Positions 1 to 8,366 of a DNA stretch of 29,515 nt are shown piece after piece. The notes below the pieces were generated by a model. It was not told the DNA's origin, searched no databases, and worked only from the letters and a program-made list of their open reading frames with translations. How positions within the stretch are numbered: position 1 is the stretch's first letter; each line of letters starts with the position of its first letter. The translations under genes were made by a program, and so were the position numbers. The DNA comes from a virus (taxonomy: Duplodnaviria; Caudoviricetes), in the IMG/VR virus record IMGVR_UViG_3300014167_000264, positions 1-29,515 of that record; one strand, given 5' to 3'.

Positions 1-3000
1 CTATCCGCTCACCGTCGCGGATCGCGGCCCTACCGCCGGCAGTGCGGCCGGCCAGCTCATCAAACAAAGGTGGTCGAGAGCCCAAAAGCCCATACCGGGC
101 ATGCCCGCGCCCACCGCATACAAATACTCTTTCGGCCACGCACAGCCGCCGTTCATCCAAGGAATCAGCAAACGGCTATCCGCCTTCGACCACGCTGCAA
201 CCGTCCACGGGAACGTGATCGTCTCTTCGGCCTTCGCAAGAGTTCGATACGTCGAGCCCCAAGACAAACCCTCAACCTTGAAGCGATCGAGCCCCGATCC
301 GCTCTTCGCCATATAGGCTGCAGGAAGGTTCACCGCGCGATTCAGAGCGCCACCCTGCGGCCACGGCATGTAATTTGACCAGTAGCAGCTCGGGTAGTTG
401 ACGTCGTATGGCCACAGCAGCTCGAACTTCGCCGTCGGAATCACAGCCAATACGGCCGCACGGATCCCGTCGATGTGAGCCTTCATCAGGCCAGCCAGGA
501 ACGCCACGTCCACGCCGCCATTCACCGTCGGATCGTCGGCCTGCGTATAGAAGGATGCGAGCGCCCGGCCGAGCGTCGTCATGGCCGCCTGTGCGGTGTA
601 CGCGTCGTAATAGGCCATTCCGCCGCCGGTGATCGTGCCCGTCGCGGCCACGTAGTTCCCGTTGCCGTTCGTGCCGTTCAGCGTGCAATGCGTCGCATCG
701 GTCACCGTCACCGTCTGCAGACCATTCGCGGCCGTGTTGCCCTGAACGCCCGCGAGAATTGCCCGCTGGCCAGTAAGAAGCGTGTGCGGCAACTGCGTTC
801 CGATCGAGATCGGCGCCGTCCAGCTCGCATAGCCCACCGCCAGGCCCTGCACCCGGCTGAAGAACCACCAGCCCACCTCGCCGAACTGCAGCCACGGCAC
901 GAGCCCGGCCGCGCTCAGGATCCCGGCCGCCTGCTTATAGCAGGCCGCCAGATACGCGCCCACGGTCGACGGGTTAAAGCAGCACTGGGACGTCTGCAGC
1001 TCAATAAAACAGGCATCGCCGACGCTCGGCACGTATCCGCCGGAATTGCTCACTTGCGTCGCCAACGAGAAGTGATTCGTGTCGATCACCGTGATCGTCC
1101 ACGCCCCGGAGCCTGCCGCGCTGGCTCCGTGCCAGGTGTTGCCCGTGATATAGCCGTGCGCCGTGACTTGGATCGTGGATCCGCTGATGCCCTCGACCAG
1201 GCCGGCGCCCCATGATCCAAAGCCCGTCGCCGTCAGTACCTGCGTACCGTCAGCGAAGCGTTGCGTCCACGCGCCTGCCGCCGTATTAGTGTCCGGAGGC
1301 GCGAGCAACTCTTGCGAAAACGCCACCGTCATCGTGAGTCCGGCCGTGTGCAGGAGTCCCGAGAAATCGCTCAAATAGGCCGTAAAAGCGCTATTCAGAG
1401 GCGACGCCTGCGAGGCGTCCACCTGCCAGACGCCTTCCGTCCCGACGCCGATATCGCCACTGATCGAAATGCCCGTGCCCTTCGAAAACAGGGTGAATCC
1501 GTTGATCGGGCTGAGCGTCGTGATGGTGAGCTGGCCAGCGCCCGTGACGGATGCCCAAATGCCCACAAACAGGGCGTTGATCGCGTTCACCAGCCGCTGC
1601 GCCAGCGTCGTCAAGGTGTCCGCTGGATACACCGCAACGCCGAATTCCGTGCCTTTGCCGTCGCCGTAGGCGCTTCCGCCGACCTGCAGGTACAGCGCGT
1701 CGCCATTTCCATAGCCCGTACCGATACTGAACGGGCCTGCGATCGTCACCACCGCCGCGTGAAAATTGCCGCCGGACCGCACTCTGCGCAGCGCGAAGAA
1801 CACGCCGGCGTAGAAGTCGATATCGCCCGCAAACCCGAACTGGCTGAGGATCCACGCCAGGCGCTCGGGCGGGATTTGATAGGTCTGGGAAGTATCAAAG
1901 TCACATGCCGCGCTCACCTCTGGATAGGTAATCGGCGCTGGCAATGCATCTGATAAGACCGCCGCCTGCAAAAAATCGAAGGTGCACGCCCCCGAAACCG
2001 TCAGCACCACCGTGTGCGACCCGGCAGCCACGCCGGCAGCGAGCAGCCGCCGCGTGACGATCGCCGACGCGCTGTCCGCGTTCAGCGAAACAGGCGCCAC
2101 GGCCGCGCCGTCCAGCGTCGCGTTGAACGTCCCCGCACCGCTCACGAGAGCGGTCCCGAGGTATAGATTATGGGCAAATTGGCACGAGTACTCCACGCTC
2201 ACCGTGTCGCCGGCGTGCGACGACTGCCGCGCGAAGCCGCCAAAGTACCAGCCCGCGACCTGACTCCATCCGCTGCCCGCGTACGTCGTCCAGGCGTCCG
2301 AACTGCCGATCGTCACCGACCCCGGCCCGGCAAGTTTGAGCACCGTCACGCCGCTCGCGTCTCCCACCGTCCAGTTGCTGAACACGGCCGAGAATTCACA
2401 CGGCGCGTACGCTGCCAGGCCGCCCGCGCCGCTATAGTTCAGCGCCGGCGCGAGCGTGAGCCAGATCTGCCGCACACTGGCCAGCCCCAGCACCGAAAAG
2501 TCGAAATGGAAATGCATCGAGGTCGGATCGGCGCCGCCCGTCAGCTTCGATGACCCGCCAGGCGTCAGGTAGGCGGTTGGCGTCGCGTGCAGCTCCAACA
2601 GCTCGATAGAGTTGCCGTCGCTTCCGGATATCGAAGGCGTGATCGTGAAGCTCGCCCCGTTCAAACTGGCCGTCAATTCGATCTGGGCGCCCACCGCGCC
2701 CCAGTTTGTCTTAGTGATTTGATCGACCAGGTCCGCCGCTATAAACGCCGGCGTCTCCGCGCCCCGCAGCGTTCCCGGCCCGTTCCCGTCGCTAGCCGAG
2801 CAGCTCAGCGTCGGTGGACAGGCTAACTTGGGAGTCAGCGTTACGCTGTTTCCTGCCGCCGAAGCGGTCGCGTTCGGATCGTTCACCGCCCCCGCTATTG
2901 CCGCCGCGATGCTGTTTGCGGTGTCGGTCTTGCCTTCCGTGTATGAATAGGTCGCGCCGCCGATCGTGATGCTGTGCACGGTTCCTGGGCCGTACCAGTA

Positions 3001-3513
3001 AAAGGAGAACGAAACCGCCGCCGGCCCGATCACCGTGTGATCCCACACCACATTGCTCAAGTAAACGAGCTGCACGCGATCGCCGAGCGCCGGCGTACCG
3101 TTCACCGTATACGTGCGCGAAGCGACCTGCGCCCCGTTGGATGATGTCGAAAGAGGCGCGAGCGGCGTCGTCCCGGGCGTCTCTAGGTTGTTAATAAACG
3201 ACAGCGCGCCCCACGCCACGCTCGGGTATTTCCCGCTCAATGGGCACTGGCAGCCGGTCAGCGCCAGGTCGAAATCGAGCGTCACGCCCGCCAGGCTGAA
3301 ATCCGGCAGGTACCGCGACGTGAAGAGATGCCCGTATTGATCGTCGGCATCGAACAGCACGGCCACGGCGAAATCCGCCTGGTCGCTCCAGCATCCGCTC
3401 ACCGTGAAGCCCGCGGCCGACGCGTGATGCATCGCCGCCGCCGCGCCTCTGCGGTCGAACCCGCGCAGGTACATGCTGCGGTGCGGAGCCAGCTTGTGGA
3501 TCGTCTCGCTCAA
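1..3513 (-). CDS. Large tail-associated protein (1170 aa) with carbohydrate-binding-like jelly-roll and C-terminal TIM-barrel/glycoside-hydrolase-like domain
   Basis: Likely start is TTG at 3513 overlapping the TGA of the upstream gene (TTGA); the ORF track's first 135 aa are a shadow of the upstream gene. Motifs WLQFGEVGWWFF and DRFKVEGLSW, a jelly-roll-like block at ~1965-2292, and two FCCH-like inserts. Stop TAG at 1-3. Confidence 0.7.
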   Translation of the reverse strand: MSETIHKLAPHRSMYLRGFDRRGAAAAMHHASAAGFTVSGCWSDQADFAVAVLFDADDQYGHLFTSRYLPDFSLAGVTLDFDLALTGCQCPLSGKYPSVAWGALSFINNLETPGTTPLAPLSTSSNGAQVASRTYTVNGTPALGDRVQLVYLSNVVWDHTVIGPAAVSFSFYWYGPGTVHSITIGGATYSYTEGKTDTANSIAAAIAGAVNDPNATASAAGNSVTLTPKLACPPTLSCSASDGNGPGTLRGAETPAFIAADLVDQITKTNWGAVGAQIELTASLNGASFTITPSISGSDGNSIELLELHATPTAYLTPGGSSKLTGGADPTSMHFHFDFSVLGLASVRQIWLTLAPALNYSGAGGLAAYAPCEFSAVFSNWTVGDASGVTVLKLAGPGSVTIGSSDAWTTYAGSGWSQVAGWYFGGFARQSSHAGDTVSVEYSCQFAHNLYLGTALVSGAGTFNATLDGAAVAPVSLNADSASAIVTRRLLAAGVAAGSHTVVLTVSGACTFDFLQAAVLSDALPAPITYPEVSAACDFDTSQTYQIPPERLAWILSQFGFAGDIDFYAGVFFALRRVRSGGNFHAAVVTIAGPFSIGTGYGNGDALYLQVGGSAYGDGKGTEFGVAVYPADTLTTLAQRLVNAINALFVGIWASVTGAGQLTITTLSPINGFTLFSKGTGISISGDIGVGTEGVWQVDASQASPLNSAFTAYLSDFSGLLHTAGLTMTVAFSQELLAPPDTNTAAGAWTQRFADGTQVLTATGFGSWGAGLVEGISGSTIQVTAHGYITGNTWHGASAAGSGAWTITVIDTNHFSLATQVSNSGGYVPSVGDACFIELQTSQCCFNPSTVGAYLAACYKQAAGILSAAGLVPWLQFGEVGWWFFSRVQGLAVGYASWTAPISIGTQLPHTLLTGQRAILAGVQGNTAANGLQTVTVTDATHCTLNGTNGNGNYVAATGTITGGGMAYYDAYTAQAAMTTLGRALASFYTQADDPTVNGGVDVAFLAGLMKAHIDGIRAAVLAVIPTAKFELLWPYDVNYPSCYWSNYMPWPQGGALNRAVNLPAAYMAKSGSGLDRFKVEGLSWGSTYRTLAKAEETITFPWTVAAWSKADSRLLIPWMNGGCAWPKEYLYAVGAGMPGMGFWALDHLCLMSWPAALPAVGPRSATVSG

Positions 3514-5495
3514 CAGCACACCACCACGAGCAAGCCGCTCCCCGGATTCGTCGTTCCAACGCCCGTAATATCCAGCGTCATGTTTGCGTTCGCCGGCAAG
3601 ATCATCGTGTCGACGCCCGGCGTCGTGAACATCGTCACCAGATTCGTAACCTGCCCGGGAGTGATCGTCGTCGGAATCGCAAAAGACACCCAGGCAGCGC
3701 CGTTCACGTTGATTGTGCAGGTGATCGGAGCGCCCACCGGCGCGCTCTCCACGCTGGCGGAGATGCTCAGGACGCTGGCCGCCAGCGCCGGACTCACGCA
3801 CCGCGTGGCCGCGTTGCTGCCGATTGCCAGTGTGCCCTGCACGCTCATCTGCACCTGCACCGTGCTCATGGACCGGACGCGTCCTCCGAATGGAGAATCC
3901 GCCTCCGAGACGGTCCACACCGGCCCGTCGCCAAATTCATTCGTCGCCCACATGTCCACCGCGACCAGTCCCTTGGAACGGAACGGGATCGCGGGCGTCT
4001 CGCCCGGCCATGCCGGCGTCCCGTAGCTCTCCCCGGGCGGCGTGAAAAACAGCGTCGTTTCCTTGACCGCCCATACCCTCTCGCCGCCGGCGCTGAACGT
4101 TTGCACACCGCACCCCTTGGCTCCGCGCACGATGCTCGATCCATCCGTCGCGCGCACCTCGATGATCTCGCCGCACCAGGACAGTCCCTCAATCCCTTCC
4201 ACCAGCACGTACGTCGGCGTCATCTCCGTTAGGGTCTGGGGCGCATTGCCGTCGGACGCCGTGCAGGCCACCGTCGTCCCGTCGTCGCGCCGGGGCGCGA
4301 GGATCACCGTCGCGCCGTTCACCTCCGCGATCGCGTTCGCGTCCGCCAGCGCCTGGATCACCTGCGCCAGACCGGCCGCCACCATCGCCGCCGTGTCGCC
4401 CGTCTGCTGCTGGTATTGGTAAACCGCCGTGCCGATCGCGATGTTGTGCTCATAGCCCGGCCCGATCGTCACGCCACCCACCACGCCGCTGTTCAGGAAA
4501 GTGAAGACAACCGACCCCGGCCCAGGCGCAGGCAGCGGCGCGCTCACGCTCATATGCGTGTCAGTCGGGGCGAGCGCGGCCGTCAGCGTTCCGATCGGAG
4601 CCTGCAGCTCGTCAATGTAATAGACCAGGAACGTGCCCGAGGTCACGCCGGCGACGTTCTGCGACGTCGCAAACCCAAGCAGGACGAACTTGAGCTGCCC
4701 AGGGTCCATATTCGGAACGCCGCACTGAATTCCGACCGAGTTGAACGCCGGCGGAAGGCCCGTGTCGCCGCTCGCGCCTTCGATCAGCAGGGCCGACAGC
4801 GGCGCCCGGATGATGGCCTCTTCGCCGTTCCCGATCCGTCGCGAGCTGAACGCCACGATCTGTGCCGCGTTCGTGACGACCCACCCGATCAGCGCGTCGT
4901 CGCTCACCGTCGGAGTCGAATTCGCCTGCCAATAGAAGCCCGCGCTTGAGGAGTAAAACAGCCAGCTCTGGCGCGATGCCGGCGCGGCCGGAACCACGGG
5001 GTTCTGCGCTGGCCGGTACATCTCGCCCTGCGCGAACAGAACGCCCTTCGTGAGCGTAGGAATAAGGTTATTGCCCGTCAGCTCCACCAGCGTATACGCC
5101 TGCAGCACGCCCTTGGCCTGGTAGGCTTCCGACGCGTAGCAAACCACCGGCGCGTCGGTGTCCTCGCGAGGCGTCAATTTGAGCACGGCCCCGTTCGAGC
5201 TGGCGATCGCGTTCGGATCCGGCGTTCCGTTCATCAGCGCCGCGAGCGCGGTCGCGATCGAAGTGGGCGTGTCCGTGCTGGTCTGCACATAGCTGTAGGT
5301 CAGCGAGCCGACCTGCACCCAGTGCGTGAATCCGGTCGTGATCGTCAGCGCCTGTCCATTCACCGTGGTGTTCGCGCTGTAAAAAGTGAAGGAAACCGGC
5401 CCGCTCGCCGGCGTGTCGGCCAGCGGCGCCACCAGCGTGAACCCCGCCACGACCCCGGGCCTTGCGAACGTCGGCGATGTAAAAAAGATCGGCAT
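3510..5495 (-). CDS. Tail tip / central-fibre-like protein (661 aa)
   Basis: Thr/Gly/Ala/Val-rich and beta-rich, with two copies of a ~90-aa module and a C-terminal beta-sandwich typical of phage tail proteins (…LDITGVGTTNPGSGLLVVV). Lies in the distal tail module. Confidence 0.7.
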   Translation of the reverse strand: MPIFFTSPTFARPGVVAGFTLVAPLADTPASGPVSFTFYSANTTVNGQALTITTGFTHWVQVGSLTYSYVQTSTDTPTSIATALAALMNGTPDPNAIASSNGAVLKLTPREDTDAPVVCYASEAYQAKGVLQAYTLVELTGNNLIPTLTKGVLFAQGEMYRPAQNPVVPAAPASRQSWLFYSSSAGFYWQANSTPTVSDDALIGWVVTNAAQIVAFSSRRIGNGEEAIIRAPLSALLIEGASGDTGLPPAFNSVGIQCGVPNMDPGQLKFVLLGFATSQNVAGVTSGTFLVYYIDELQAPIGTLTAALAPTDTHMSVSAPLPAPGPGSVVFTFLNSGVVGGVTIGPGYEHNIAIGTAVYQYQQQTGDTAAMVAAGLAQVIQALADANAIAEVNGATVILAPRRDDGTTVACTASDGNAPQTLTEMTPTYVLVEGIEGLSWCGEIIEVRATDGSSIVRGAKGCGVQTFSAGGERVWAVKETTLFFTPPGESYGTPAWPGETPAIPFRSKGLVAVDMWATNEFGDGPVWTVSEADSPFGGRVRSMSTVQVQMSVQGTLAIGSNAATRCVSPALAASVLSISASVESAPVGAPITCTINVNGAAWVSFAIPTTITPGQVTNLVTMFTTPGVDTMILPANANMTLDITGVGTTNPGSGLLVVVCC

Positions 5496-5510
5496 CCCTG
5501 TTCTGGCTTG

Positions 5511-5966
5511 CTACCGGTTCCTCTGCGCGTGCGTGATCACCAGCAGGACGCCGTCCGGCTGGTTCATCTGCGACGTCTTGTAATAGCTGACTTGCGTCGT
5601 CACCACGCCCGTGCTCTGATCCACGTTCGCCAACGTCTGGAGCACCGTCCCCTGCCCCGTCGTCGATCCGGGCGTCGGAGGCGTCTGCGTCCCGTTGCAA
5701 GCCGTCGGCTGGCCGGCGGTCGAATACCAGCTAAAGCCATAGAGCAGCTCGTCGCGCTGGTACTCATACCCGTCCGCCGGCGACACGGCCAGTTGCACCG
5801 TCTCGCCGTTCTTGTAATACCCATAGAACTGTTCGTTGCGCACCGCCGCGAACTGCGCCGCCGCGTTCAGCTCCTGCATCACCGCCGGCGTCACCGGCGC
5901 TCCGGACGCGAACGAAGTCCCCGGAATCTGCGTAAACCCAGGCTGGCTGCTCAGTGTCAAAGACAT
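5511..5966 (-). CDS. Putative tail-tip structural protein (151 aa)
   Basis: ATG preceded by GAGAGGA; composition and position typical of minor tail proteins; no family recognised. Confidence 0.6.
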   Translation of the reverse strand: MSLTLSSQPGFTQIPGTSFASGAPVTPAVMQELNAAAQFAAVRNEQFYGYYKNGETVQLAVSPADGYEYQRDELLYGFSWYSTAGQPTACNGTQTPPTPGSTTGQGTVLQTLANVDQSTGVVTTQVSYYKTSQMNQPDGVLLVITHAQRNR

Positions 5967-6349
5967 GCGTATCGTCCTCTCAGGCTCGGAGTGCGTTCGA
6001 TCATGCGAACTAGGGAAATCTGCTCAGCGTCGCCAAACCGCAGCGGCCGCTTCAGGGGAGCAAAGTCGGGAACCTTGGGATGCGAAACCAACGCGCGCCC
6101 AAGCGCTACCGTGCGCGCGACAGGAGGAATCGGCGCGCCCGCGATCGACTCCAGCGCCAGGTCCACAAGCTCGCTCGAAAGCTGCCGCCGGTACCGCCAG
6201 ATCAGGTGCCAGAGATACCAGCGTTGCCGCAAGGAAAGCTCGTAATCGGCGCTCTTCGCCGACATGTCCGCGGCGAAGACGCGCGCTCGCGACATCCCGA
6301 AGTGGACGTTCCGCAGAGCCTGAATCGCGAGTTCTTCGCAGGGCGTCAT
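5957..6349 (-). CDS. Hypothetical basic protein (130 aa)
   Basis: Start MTPCEE at 6349 overlaps the TAA of the upstream gene (TAATG). The ORF-track extension to 6970 overlaps other genes. Motif LSLRQRWYLWHLIWRYRRQL. Confidence 0.6.
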   Translation of the reverse strand: MTPCEELAIQALRNVHFGMSRARVFAADMSAKSADYELSLRQRWYLWHLIWRYRRQLSSELVDLALESIAGAPIPPVARTVALGRALVSHPKVPDFAPLKRPLRFGDAEQISLVRMIERTPSLRGRYACL

Positions 6350-6582
6350 TATTGCTCCGTCACCTTCATTTCCCGCTTCCCCTCTTCGGGCTCGTCCGAG
6401 CACCCGAAAGCCGCATCCATGCCATCCCGAACGCCCTGCAGGTAAATGGCGATCGCAACTTCCTCCACGGACTGCCGTCTCAAATCCTCCACGGCGAAGT
6501 GGTCCAGCAAGACGTTGACCCGGCTCTTCGCGAGCGCCATCATCTCCGCCGAAACCTCGATCTCCTTGACTTTCTCGCTCAT
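6349..6582 (-). CDS. Hypothetical acidic helical protein (77 aa)
   Basis: Fills the gap exactly; purine-rich AGGGGGA upstream of the ATG; coupled to the next gene. Confidence 0.65.
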   Translation of the reverse strand: MSEKVKEIEVSAEMMALAKSRVNVLLDHFAVEDLRRQSVEEVAIAIYLQGVRDGMDAAFGCSDEPEEGKREMKVTEQ

Positions 6583-6591
6583 CGAATCCCC

Positions 6592-7920
6592 CTAATAAGC
6601 CAGTGAACTCCCCAACACAAACGATCCCCACGTACTCGCCGCCGGCTGCCCCGTCAGCCCTGTGTCGAGCAGCTTGAACTGCATCTGTCCGTTCGCGTAA
6701 TCGGGCTGCCTGTCGACCACCTCGAAAATGCGGTTCGCTACGCCCAGGTTGCCCGTCGTGATGTCCGGCATCAGCGGCAGCGTCAGGCTCACGTAATCCC
6801 CGGTCCATACCGGCAGCGTCATAAACATCGACCTCAGCGTGAGCAGCGGCGCGCCGCCCTTGATGCCCGGCGCCACGCCCGCGAAACGGGCAAACATCTT
6901 CTCGCTCACCCACTCGGCGTAAGAAAACGCGCCGAGTTCCGTCTGCAGCCCGTCCGACTGCAAACTCCACTGCTGCCCCTGTAAATACAGGCTGATGGAC
7001 GTCGCCTGCAGGAACGTCTCATAGTTGCCGTACTGGCTTCCGTCGTAGTCGAACTGCCAGATCATCTGATTACATATCGGCTGGCGGTCCCACTGCGGCA
7101 GCCCGATCACGTTGTCTTGCGTGAACGCGAACACTGGCGTCGGGCCGGCCGCCGGCGCGTGCATGCAGCGCAGTGATAGCTGGCCGTTCGGGAGCACCAC
7201 CTGATACATGCCCGAAGCCTTGAGAATCTGCGTTTCGAGCCACTGCTTTGCTTCGAACGACTTCGTGATCGCGAACTGGAACGGCCGGAAGCCCGCAAAA
7301 ATGCCCTCGCTCGCCGAGTCCAGGTCGGTCATCGTCGCGCGGTCGATCTGGCTCGCGCTCAAACCCAGCGCAAACAGCGTGATCGCCTGGAAGATCTCCG
7401 CCGGCGTCCCGCACAGATACCACGGGTTGCCGTCGCACAGCTCCTCGCCGTTCTCCGGATGCGTATAGATCGTCTGCTTTTCGAGCAGTTGCAGATCGTT
7501 GCAAACAAAGTAGTAAGAGGTGTATCCGTCCGTCGGGATGATCTTGTAGACCAGGTACGTATGCAGCGTCGCGAAGTCCGGCCAGGCCAGCCCCGGATAG
7601 CCCACCAGCAGCGTCGCCGTCGAGCCCTCCAGCACGTTCGTGCCGATCAGTTGCCGCACCGCGCCGCCGCAGTCCACGACCTCGCACTGGAGCTGCCCCA
7701 TCGACGAAGATCCGTTGACGATATCGATCGTCTGCGAAGCGCCCTGCGGCGTCTTCAGCCAGGGCTCGTATGCCGGGTAGCCCGTCACGCCCCACCGCGC
7801 CAGGTCGTGCGTCGTATAGGCCACCGACGTGCCCCACTGGCCGGCCAGCGTGAGCGCGAAGATCGGCATCTTCGCCGCCAGGGCGTTCTTCGCGTTCCAA
7901 TTGGGAGTCGTCGCGATCAC
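6592..7920 (-). CDS. Baseplate hub / tail-tip attachment-like protein (442 aa)
   Basis: GTG at 7920 overlaps the TGA of the Dit-like gene (GTGA). Size and position after TMP-Dit fit, and the C-terminal GDYVSLT…FEVVDRQPDY…QFKLLD matches a hub beta-barrel pattern. Confidence 0.7.
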   Translation of the reverse strand: MIATTPNWNAKNALAAKMPIFALTLAGQWGTSVAYTTHDLARWGVTGYPAYEPWLKTPQGASQTIDIVNGSSSMGQLQCEVVDCGGAVRQLIGTNVLEGSTATLLVGYPGLAWPDFATLHTYLVYKIIPTDGYTSYYFVCNDLQLLEKQTIYTHPENGEELCDGNPWYLCGTPAEIFQAITLFALGLSASQIDRATMTDLDSASEGIFAGFRPFQFAITKSFEAKQWLETQILKASGMYQVVLPNGQLSLRCMHAPAAGPTPVFAFTQDNVIGLPQWDRQPICNQMIWQFDYDGSQYGNYETFLQATSISLYLQGQQWSLQSDGLQTELGAFSYAEWVSEKMFARFAGVAPGIKGGAPLLTLRSMFMTLPVWTGDYVSLTLPLMPDITTGNLGVANRIFEVVDRQPDYANGQMQFKLLDTGLTGQPAASTWGSFVLGSSLAY

Positions 7921-8366
7921 GCCGTCACCCCGTAAAAACGCCGCAAAACGACACTGGGATCGCTCGGGCACTTGGCGTCGTTGAGGATCCGGAACACAAA
8001 CGTGCTCGCGTACTTTTTCGGAGCGTTCCGCTTGGTGTGCCAGTCTGTGTCTTCCAGAACGCAGTTATAGTAGTCGGGCAGGCTCGCGTTCGGATAGAAC
8101 TGAAACCCTCCGCCGGCGAGCGCAAAGGCCATGAAAGCGCCGAATCCCGGCATCGTCGTGTCCACCACCAGGTGGTTCATTTCGAAGCTGATCAGGATGT
8201 CGAGGTTCTCGGAGACACGTTCCCGGACCGCTCCCGAAGTGGATAGATTGTCATGCACGCGGCCGGCGAAATATGGCTCGAAGTTTTGCGGGCCCCACAC
8301 GAATGGAATCGTGGTCGGCCCTCCGCCCGAAGGCGTGTACGTGATCTGGGGCAGTCCGATGCTCAT
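7917..8366 (-). CDS. Distal tail protein-like (Dit/gpM position, 149 aa)
   Basis: Directly follows the TMP with an ATGA overlap; size and beta-rich pattern fit a tail-tube-fold Dit. Confidence 0.65.
   Translation of the reverse strand: MSIGLPQITYTPSGGGPTTIPFVWGPQNFEPYFAGRVHDNLSTSGAVRERVSENLDILISFEMNHLVVDTTMPGFGAFMAFALAGGGFQFYPNASLPDYYNCVLEDTDWHTKRNAPKKYASTFVFRILNDAKCPSDPSVVLRRFYGVTA

Noticed and set aside
3514-3918. N-terminal 135 aa of the 1305-aa ORF call
   Set aside because: Overlaps the 661-aa gene in another frame and reads as junk; the TTGA overlap at 3513 gives a natural start.
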